From a virus: a stretch of 64,000 bases of DNA. The notes beneath the pieces were generated by a model. It was not told the origin of the DNA, searched no databases, and was given only the letters and a program-made list of their open reading frames with translations. Position numbers and translations under genes: made by a program. The first letter of the stretch is position 1, and each line of letters begins with the position of its first letter. Where the stretch lies: positions 28,737 to 92,736 of the IMG/VR virus record IMGVR_UViG_3300043823_000671; one strand, written 5' to 3'. Positions 56,920 through 64,000 of this stretch are shown piece after piece.

Positions 56920-58170
56920 ATGAGCCTGAAAGACGCAGAGCGCTCGTTGCCGAAGCGCTTTTTACCAAAGGTCCCAAAGGGTTTCGAGCCCGAAATCCGC
57001 TGGGATGGCAACAAGGGCAGTGGCTTCATTGATAGCCAAATCAAACTGACGCCAGAAGACGCAACCGACCCCGCTATCTGGTCGGAGATTATTGCTGACT
57101 GGGGACTTTCACCAGATGCCGTCGAAATCGTTGATGGCTCAGTGCACATTCGTGCATGGGACACGAATGCGGGCGAGGGTGAGGTAAAGAGGCTCAAGTA
57201 TTACCGTGCCCAGATTAGGCGCCGTACAGAGCCAGATAACGTCGAGAGCGTCAACGTAGAGAAGTTGATTGACTCTGTTATGAAGCGCAAGTCGCTTGGG
57301 CGACTAAAAAAGCATGAAACTGGCAACCGTGCTTTCGTTGCACTTTTTTCTGACTGGCAACTAGGCAAGTCAGAAGGGGGCGGTGTCGAGGCGACTATTG
57401 AGCGAATCCAATTGGCTCAAGATATCGCTATCGAGCGAATCCGTGAACTAATCGCTGTCGGCAGGGCTCCGAGTTACGTTTATATCTGCGGAATGGGCGA
57501 TTTAGTAGAAAATTGCTCGGGACACTATGCGATGCAGGCATTTACAGTCCAACTCACACGCCGTGAGCAGAAAGACTTAGCGATTGTTCTTATTGACCGG
57601 TTTGTCGAGTTGGTTGTGGACAACTTTCCTGAATTGCAGGTTGTTTTGCTCGCTGTCCCGGGAAACCATGGGGAAAATAGAAACGCATCTGGGAAAAGTT
57701 TTACCGATTGGCTAGATAACGACGATTTGGACGTTTTTAGCACGACGTATCGAATGTACTTGAAGAACCAAAAGCGATACAAGAATGTATCAATGCCACA
57801 GTTTGATGGGTTCATACAAGAAGATTTGACTATAACCGCCGAAATAGCGGGCGTCCCTTGCACGCTGGCGCATGGTCACCAGTTTGGCAAGAACTCGTCT
57901 GGTGGGGTAGGAAAGATTGAGAACTGGTTGAAGGGTCAGGCTCTTGGGCGGACCCCCGCCTCACAGTGCGCCATCATGTTCTCCGGTCACTATCACCACT
58001 ATCTTGCCTCTGAAGCAACGGGGCGCCAGATTTTCCAATGCCCGGCGATGGATGGAGGCTCAAAATGGTTTACCTCCCAAACCGGTGCAAACTCCCCGGC
58101 AGGTATGCTGACGCTCGGCGTTGGTCTTGATTACGGCGCCCGTGGCTGGGGAGACCTACAAATCATATGA
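56920..58170 (+). CDS. Calcineurin-like metallophosphoesterase
   Basis: SDWQLGK, GDLVE, GNHGE, AHGHQ, GHYHH. Confidence 0.88.
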   Translation: MSLKDAERSLPKRFLPKVPKGFEPEIRWDGNKGSGFIDSQIKLTPEDATDPAIWSEIIADWGLSPDAVEIVDGSVHIRAWDTNAGEGEVKRLKYYRAQIRRRTEPDNVESVNVEKLIDSVMKRKSLGRLKKHETGNRAFVALFSDWQLGKSEGGGVEATIERIQLAQDIAIERIRELIAVGRAPSYVYICGMGDLVENCSGHYAMQAFTVQLTRREQKDLAIVLIDRFVELVVDNFPELQVVLLAVPGNHGENRNASGKSFTDWLDNDDLDVFSTTYRMYLKNQKRYKNVSMPQFDGFIQEDLTITAEIAGVPCTLAHGHQFGKNSSGGVGKIENWLKGQALGRTPASQCAIMFSGHYHHYLASEATGRQIFQCPAMDGGSKWFTSQTGANSPAGMLTLGVGLDYGARGWGDLQII

Positions 58171-58490
58171 TTTATTACTTATCAGGCGCTTTCGATGGCG
58201 ACGTAGCCACCCACGAAGATGCACAAAAGCGCTTGAACTGGAAAGAAATCGATGTGGTTTCGGGCTTACTTTTGGAAAGTTCACCACAGCAGGCGCTGAG
58301 CAAATTATTTACCTGTGACGGCGTCATTGTATTCCCCGGCTGGGCAAAGTCGGAAAAAGTTCGTGGAGAAGTCTTTTTAGCGCTAACACTTGGTATGCCT
58401 ATTTATGCGTACCACCAGCACCGCCCTGAACTTCTTGAAGAACTAAAGGGATTGCATATTGTCACCCGTGCAGAAATGATGGCGCAATAA
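58167..58490 (+). CDS. DUF4406/nucleoside deoxyribosyltransferase-like protein
   Basis: YYLSG...CDGV...PGW.KS.....E...A..LGMPI. Confidence 0.6.
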   Translation: MIYYLSGAFDGDVATHEDAQKRLNWKEIDVVSGLLLESSPQQALSKLFTCDGVIVFPGWAKSEKVRGEVFLALTLGMPIYAYHQHRPELLEELKGLHIVTRAEMMAQ

Positions 58491-58978
58491 TGGCAAGCGG
58501 TAGCGAGATTTGGAATGACGGGACCGATGGGGTCTGGGGAAACTCCCCATGGGAACTCCTTCCTGGCGTTAGAACTGGTGCAGAACTAAGCCTCGGTGAG
58601 CGCTCGGCGGACTGGGTTCGCAACAAGATGGGTTCTTGGGGTTTTGTTTTCTCTTTTACGGTTGCGATGATAATTTGGGCGTTCACTAACTCCTATGCCC
58701 TAGGCGAGTGGTTTCACCACAAGGCGTTCGACCCCTATCCCTACATTTTGTTGAACCTCTTGCTTTCGACGCTTGCCGGTCTGCAAGGCGCAATCCTGCT
58801 TATTGCCGCAAAGCGAGCGGATGCCATTTCAGCAGAGCAAGCCCTTTCCCACCTGACTATTTCCAAATCAAGCGGGGAAATAATCCGGGAAATCAAAGAG
58901 GAAGTTAGAACAATCCGCAATATGTCTCATGAGTTACACCAACTCCTGATTATTGAGAGGAATGAGCATGGTGATTAG
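58490..58978 (+). CDS. DUF1003-like membrane protein
   Basis: GER.AD.V...MGSW.F, FDPYPYILLNL.LS.LA.LQG.ILL. Confidence 0.8.
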   Translation: MASGSEIWNDGTDGVWGNSPWELLPGVRTGAELSLGERSADWVRNKMGSWGFVFSFTVAMIIWAFTNSYALGEWFHHKAFDPYPYILLNLLLSTLAGLQGAILLIAAKRADAISAEQALSHLTISKSSGEIIREIKEEVRTIRNMSHELHQLLIIERNEHGD

Positions 58979-59162
58979 GGATATTGATGTCCTTACTAGG
59001 GCGAAAACAGAAAAGCCTTATTTTGCCTTTCTTTGGCAACTCCAAAAAGAATGGGAAAACTTTTGCGCCAAGTATGAAAGTGACTACCCGGCTGAAGATT
59101 GCTACGACCCCCGAAACTCTCGTTAGCGTGGCAAAATAGATTGGTAACAATCGGAGATACCC

Positions 59163-59825
59163 ATGGCGCAGACATTCACCAACGCATTTTTGACAAAAGT
59201 TTTCAACCAATTGTCGATTGGTGGCACCCCCACTTCTAGTACGACGACATATTACGTCGGTCTTTTTACCGGTACCTCTGCAACCGATACCCCTGGCGCA
59301 ACTGCAACGCTCGCATCTATTTCCGAAGTTTCTGGCTCGGGATACCAAAGACAGCAAGTTACATTTGCGACCCCAAGTGCGACCAATGCGTACGACTCAA
59401 ATTCCCCAACGCTTGTTACTTCCCTGAGTGCCACCGCATCAAGTGGAAGCACAACCGTGGCACTGCAATCTGTGTCGGGTCTTGCAGTCGGTATGTTGAT
59501 AATCGTTGGAAGTGAACCAGTAAATACCATTGTCGATATCGCTGGCAACAACGTTACGCTTTCGTCTGCACTGTTTAACAATCAGCAGTCCGGCGCCTCT
59601 GTAGAGGCGGGCGCTCCGGTGCCTGGCGTCCAATCAGTGGGCTCTCCCGTTACCTTTTCCGCAACCGGCTCATGGTCGTATGCGGGTGGTTACTTTGTAA
59701 CTGATGCCCCTAGCGGTACGTCTGGAATGATTTACTATTTCAGCAACTTTTCCGAGGCGACACTACCCTCATTGCAAAACACAGACACGCTCCAAGTTTC
59801 ACCAACCTGGATTCTCAGCAATTAG
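59163..59825 (+). CDS. Virion structural protein
   Basis: YVGLFT...E.SG.GY.RQ..TF..F.ATG.W: Ser/Thr/Gly-rich beta protein. Confidence 0.6.
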   Translation: MAQTFTNAFLTKVFNQLSIGGTPTSSTTTYYVGLFTGTSATDTPGATATLASISEVSGSGYQRQQVTFATPSATNAYDSNSPTLVTSLSATASSGSTTVALQSVSGLAVGMLIIVGSEPVNTIVDIAGNNVTLSSALFNNQQSGASVEAGAPVPGVQSVGSPVTFSATGSWSYAGGYFVTDAPSGTSGMIYYFSNFSEATLPSLQNTDTLQVSPTWILSN

Positions 59826-59828
59826 ACC

Positions 59829-61565
59829 ATGTACGTTTTGGGCATAAACCCCGGCGAGCATGAAGGCTCTGCGTGTGTAGTAAAAAACGGTGAAATTATT
59901 TCGTTTGCCGAAACGGACCGCATTTCACGTGAGCGCTTTGGGACGATAGTTTCGTACGATATCCATCCGGATGAAAATCAATACAGGGTTGTCCCAACGC
60001 ACCTTGCGGTCGGTAACGCTCTCCGGCAGGCGGGATTGACACTCGATGATATAGACGCAATTGCAATCGGCTGGTCCATAGTGCAACTTGGCTGGACGTC
60101 AACGCACCTTGGTTCCCCAAAGAGGCTTCACTACGGGATGACAGTACATTTAGACGATGAGCGTTTTGACCAGAGTTTGTATTGCGAAGCGCTTTTCCCT
60201 ACTTCGCTTTTCCCAAGAAAAAAAATGCCACCAGTCCACTTTGTGCCCCATCACCTAAGCCACGCCTCAAGCGGTTTCTTCATTAGTGGTTATGAAGAAT
60301 CTGCAATTCTCGTCGCAGATGGCTGGGGGGAAAGTGAAGCGACTTCCTTGTTTTGGGGTAGCGGTAGAGAAATAAACTTAATACGAAGTTTCAAGCACTC
60401 ATTGGGTCATTTGTACAATCGTGCCGCTAGTGAAAGTGGATTTGACGCCCAAAGCCCGGGCAAACTTATGGGTCTTGCCCCATACGGTCAGGTTTACGAG
60501 GTGCAGAAATTTTACGGACTTACTGATTCTGGATACGAATTTTATCTTCCGCCCAATTGGACAAACGAAGACCTTTTCTATAACTGGAAAAAACCCAACG
60601 TCTTCTCCGTACCTATCAAGTACCCGCTGACAGCAGAAGAAAAAACACTGCTAACACTGGGCTTCTCCGATTTCGCCGCAACGGTTCAGCACCACTTTGA
60701 GAAGATAATGCTCCATCTCGTTGGAGTTTTAAAAGAAGAGACCGGGATAGACAATTTGGTTATTGCCGGTGGGTGTGGACAGAACTGTACTTTCAATGGT
60801 CTTGTCGCCTCGGCAGGCAAAGAAGTTTTCGTGCCACCCGTTCCCCATGACACCGGAGTGTCGCTGGGTTCGGCTCTTTACGTCGAGCGCTTGACCCACG
60901 CACGAAACAATGAGGCGCTTCAGCACGCCTATTACGGATATAAGCCATCTAGGGAAGAAATTAAGTACGCAGTAAAGCGCTCCGGATTGAATTTCAGAAA
61001 ACTCAATGAAAGCGAACTGCTGGAGGAAACAGTTCAGCACTTGATGCATGGGCGAATTGTGGGTTGGTACCAGGGGCGGGCGGAGATTGGTGCACGTGCC
61101 CTAGGCGCCAGAAGCCTCTTGATGGACCCACGCAAAAAAGAGAATTGGAAACGCCTAAATGAAGTAAAGGGTAGGGAAGCATGGCGCCCCCTCGCCCCCA
61201 GCATCTTGAAGGAGCGAGCCGGTGAGTTTTTTGATATTACGGAATCGCACTTGGCAAAATTCATGGTTGGCGCATTCAAAGTAAAAAAAGAAATGCGGGA
61301 TGAGGTCCCAGCAATTGTGCACGTTGACGGTTCCGCCAGACCTCAGTTCGTTGAATACACAACGAATCCTAGGTACTACAAATTGATAGAAGAATTTGCG
61401 TTGAAAACAGGCACCCCGATGTTGGTGAATACATCTTTCAACCTTTCTGGCGAGCCAATCGTGCACTTGCCCGAAGATGCAATTAGGTCATTTATGAAAA
61501 GCGAAATAGATGTTCTTGTTTTGGGCGATTACATTATTTCCAAGGCGGAGAAGCCAGGTGCGTAA
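59829..61565 (+). CDS. Carbamoyltransferase (NodU/CmcH family)
   Basis: HE.SAC, HHLSHA, ADG.GE, GKLMGLAPYG, AGGC.QN, WYQGRAE.G.RALG.RS, RE.WRP.AP, HVDGSARPQ, NTSFN..GEPIV. Confidence 0.93.
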   Translation: MYVLGINPGEHEGSACVVKNGEIISFAETDRISRERFGTIVSYDIHPDENQYRVVPTHLAVGNALRQAGLTLDDIDAIAIGWSIVQLGWTSTHLGSPKRLHYGMTVHLDDERFDQSLYCEALFPTSLFPRKKMPPVHFVPHHLSHASSGFFISGYEESAILVADGWGESEATSLFWGSGREINLIRSFKHSLGHLYNRAASESGFDAQSPGKLMGLAPYGQVYEVQKFYGLTDSGYEFYLPPNWTNEDLFYNWKKPNVFSVPIKYPLTAEEKTLLTLGFSDFAATVQHHFEKIMLHLVGVLKEETGIDNLVIAGGCGQNCTFNGLVASAGKEVFVPPVPHDTGVSLGSALYVERLTHARNNEALQHAYYGYKPSREEIKYAVKRSGLNFRKLNESELLEETVQHLMHGRIVGWYQGRAEIGARALGARSLLMDPRKKENWKRLNEVKGREAWRPLAPSILKERAGEFFDITESHLAKFMVGAFKVKKEMRDEVPAIVHVDGSARPQFVEYTTNPRYYKLIEEFALKTGTPMLVNTSFNLSGEPIVHLPEDAIRSFMKSEIDVLVLGDYIISKAEKPGA

Positions 61566-62220
61566 AGGCGAGAAAGTGGCTATTGGTTGGATTACCAGTG
61601 GCTCAATCTACAATGATTTTGCTATAAGCATTATCGAGATACTTCACCACCGGTCCGACATAATTATGCAAACGCCCCTATCGTCAAAGGGCTCTTATAT
61701 TTCAATGAATAGACATCATTTGGTCGAACAGTTTCTGGGGACCGATTGCGACTGGCTTTTGATGCTAGACACAGACGTGATTATCACCACAACGGATTTT
61801 GACGTCCTTATAGAAGGCGCCGACGATGAGACGACCCCGATTCTTTCCGGAAAATACTTTTTTTATTTCCCGGAAGAAGCGGTGAAGTACAAAGTCGGAG
61901 CAATGACGCCGGAGGGGTGGCTTGAGTCTTACCCTGAAAACTCTATTGTCAGGGGTCTTTCTAGCGTTGGCTGTGGCTATGTACTGATACACCGAAAAGT
62001 ATTTGAAAAAATACGTGACGATAACCCGGGCATGATTTCCCCTTGGTTTTGGAATGGGCTTGATGCAAAATCTGGCGTGGAGTTGAGCGAGGACAACAAT
62101 TTTTTCAACCAAGCGACAAAATCGGGGTTTCCGATAGCACTTCACACGGGGGCGTCTTCAAGGCACCTCGGCAAAATAGCCGTCACGGAAGACTTGTTTT
62201 TGAATCAGCACAACCAGTAG
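61558..62220 (+). CDS. GT-A fold glycosyltransferase
   Basis: R..LV..FL...DWLLMLDTD, GCGY.LIHR.VF, SED..F...A...GF.I. Confidence 0.8.
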   Translation: MRKGEKVAIGWITSGSIYNDFAISIIEILHHRSDIIMQTPLSSKGSYISMNRHHLVEQFLGTDCDWLLMLDTDVIITTTDFDVLIEGADDETTPILSGKYFFYFPEEAVKYKVGAMTPEGWLESYPENSIVRGLSSVGCGYVLIHRKVFEKIRDDNPGMISPWFWNGLDAKSGVELSEDNNFFNQATKSGFPIALHTGASSRHLGKIAVTEDLFLNQHNQ

Positions 62221-62229
62221 TCTTGGGAA

Positions 62230-63480
62230 ATGATTTCAGTTTTTACTCCTAGCCACAATACGCAATGGCTTAGCGAATGCTACAAAAGCCTCGCCTCACA
62301 AACCCACACAGACTGGGAGTGGATTGTTCTCCTAAACGGTGGCGTTGGCGAGGAAGACGTTGAGTGGTACGATAAGTCGGACAGCAGGGTTCGGGTTTTT
62401 TTCAGTGACACTGAGCCTGTAATTGGGGCGCTAAAGAATGAAGCAGTCTCTCTTTGTGAGGGCGACATTCTTTTAGAATTTGACCATGACGACATTCTCA
62501 TGCCAACTGCTTTAGAAGAAGTTCAGTCAGCATTTGACTCTGACCCCGAAATAGGGTTCGTGTATTCCGACTTCGCAGAAATTGACGAGCAAGGTAACCC
62601 AAGTAAGCGTGAGTTCAATACCGCCTATGGCTGGACTTATCACGATGACGAAAACGGCTATCACGTGTGCGAGGGGAAGTCGCCTCACCCGCACCACGTT
62701 GCATATATTTGGTATGCGCCGAATCACCTCCGTGCCTTTCGTGCTTCTGCGTATGACGAAATTGGCGGGTACAACAAAACCCTAAGAATCTGCGATGACG
62801 CAGACTTGATGGTTCGGTTTTACAAGAAAACCAAGTTCTATCACATCCAAAAAAACCTATATTTACAAAGACTCCATGGACAGCAAAGCCAGGCACAACA
62901 AGAATTGAACGATGAAATTCAACGCCTGACGGTATCTATTTACGATAAAAACATCATGGACATGATGGTCAAGTGGTCCAATGACAATGGGTTTTTAGCA
63001 CTTGACCTTGGCGGTGCCCACAACCCAGCGAAAGGGTTTAAAACAGTCGACCTTCATGAGCCCGCTGACATCGTTGGTGACATCTTCAACGTTTTGGGCG
63101 ACATGGAAGACGACTCTGTCGGGGTTATCCGTGCGTGTGATTTCCTTGAGCATATCCCGGACAAGATTCGCTTATGGAACGAGATGTACAGGGTTCTAGC
63201 ACCTGGCGGGATGATTCTTAGCCTTACTCCAAGCACCGACGGGCGTGGCGCTTTTCAAGACCCGACCCACTGCGCTTTTTACAATGAAAATTCTTTCTGG
63301 TATTGGATTGACGAAAACTACAGAAAGTATGTCCCGGAAATCAAGACCGACTTCCAGAAGAGCCGTTTCATGACTTTCTTCCCGTCACCTTGGCACGAGG
63401 AAAACCAAATACCGTATGTCTGTGCAAACCTTATTGCCATCAAAAATGGCGAAAGGTACGGCGGTCTGCTAGGCATTTAG
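62230..63480 (+). CDS. GT2 glycosyltransferase fused to a SAM-dependent methyltransferase
   Basis: SVFTPSHN, EFDHDD, CDD.DL; then LDLGGA, DFLEHI, YRVLAPGG, FQDPTH. Confidence 0.88.
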   Translation: MISVFTPSHNTQWLSECYKSLASQTHTDWEWIVLLNGGVGEEDVEWYDKSDSRVRVFFSDTEPVIGALKNEAVSLCEGDILLEFDHDDILMPTALEEVQSAFDSDPEIGFVYSDFAEIDEQGNPSKREFNTAYGWTYHDDENGYHVCEGKSPHPHHVAYIWYAPNHLRAFRASAYDEIGGYNKTLRICDDADLMVRFYKKTKFYHIQKNLYLQRLHGQQSQAQQELNDEIQRLTVSIYDKNIMDMMVKWSNDNGFLALDLGGAHNPAKGFKTVDLHEPADIVGDIFNVLGDMEDDSVGVIRACDFLEHIPDKIRLWNEMYRVLAPGGMILSLTPSTDGRGAFQDPTHCAFYNENSFWYWIDENYRKYVPEIKTDFQKSRFMTFFPSPWHEENQIPYVCANLIAIKNGERYGGLLGI

Positions 63481-63551
63481 CAAAAATGCTGGTGTAAGAT
63501 TTCTTCATACTGGGGAGCCCTAGCCCACCCACCCCGGTCACAGGTGAAGTC

Positions 63552-64000
63552 GTGTCCAGAACCCCATTTTCGCAGAATTCATATGTAGGCGGTGCGAAGT
63601 TCGCCGGTCTCTACTCTGCGATTAACCAATCAGCGACATCGATTCAGGTTGCAATCGTTAGTGTTGATTCAAGTGGTAATGTCACGCTTGTCAGCGGTCA
63701 AACCCTTTCTAGTTCTGGCTGGTCTGGCTTAGGCGTCGGTGGAGGATTTTTCCTTGACATCGGCTTAGGCGGGTCAAACGAAGAAAAGGTCTACGTTCCT
63801 GCCGGGACGTACACCTTTACTTCTTCTGTAGTCACTTTTTCCAATATTCAGCGTGGTGCGGACAACACAATCGCATCAGCACATGGTGCTGGCGAGCCAG
63901 TAGTACCCGTTGTAACAGCAACAGATTTGGAAGAGGCAAACCAAGCCGCATCTCAAACAATTGGACAAATCCAGTCTTCGGGTGACCTGCTCATCGGAAG
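63552..64000 (+). CDS. Virion/tail-fibre-like protein (runs off the window)
   Basis: GTG start, MSRTPFSQNSYVGGA...EEKV...RGADNT.A.AHGAG..V; open to the end. Confidence 0.6.
   Translation, partial: MSRTPFSQNSYVGGAKFAGLYSAINQSATSIQVAIVSVDSSGNVTLVSGQTLSSSGWSGLGVGGGFFLDIGLGGSNEEKVYVPAGTYTFTSSVVTFSNIQRGADNTIASAHGAGEPVVPVVTATDLEEANQAASQTIGQIQSSGDLLIG

Larger units (their letters stand above)
1..64000. mobile_element. Segment of a large tailed bacteriophage genome (Caudoviricetes), probable Actinomycetota host
   Basis: TerS, TerL, portal, prohead protease, MuF, scaffold, MCP and endolysin are present. Dense small overlapping ORFs, three WhiB genes, no bacterial core genes. Confidence 0.95.

Noticed and set aside
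1-64000. Integrated prophage boundaries
   Set aside because: No integrase, att site or host genes are visible, so lifestyle cannot be determined from this window.

Overview
This window is part of a large tailed dsDNA phage genome, with no bacterial housekeeping context. The host is probably an actinobacterium: there are three WhiB genes, an Rpf-like transglycosylase, an actinobacterial-type SSB and a CGAAC-N4-GTTCG SOS box. From left to right it holds: a DNA-modification block (tandem ParB-like protein, ABC-ATPase/GNAT fusion, two methyltransferases); TerS and a repeat-rich non-coding region; small early genes including a paralog array; a terminase large subunit split into two ORFs; an amidoligase/GATase/GGCT module; lysis genes; orn; ssb; and a head module (portal, XkdF-type protease, MuF, scaffold, decoration protein, major capsid protein). 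Carbamoyl-/glycosyl-/methyltransferase genes follow among virion genes. The main observation is a short peptide tag, K-G-D-x-x-G-H-x-F-H-G-N-Q-[YW]. It occurs 11 times in 7 otherwise unrelated proteins. Six of these proteins lie in a ~13 kb block inserted between protease and scaffold, and one lies ~33 kb away. Each copy follows a [VIL]-x-K site and precedes a different domain: RelA/SpoT synthetase, ART-like, HipA/PI3K-like kinase, zincin, papain-like, ParB-like or unknown. Several of these proteins also share an N-terminal IxxW leader. I infer a modular system in which capsid-packaged effector polyproteins are cut by the prohead protease into tagged effectors for injection into the host. The protease itself appears to be split between two genes. 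All family assignments are by motif recognition only; no searches were run.
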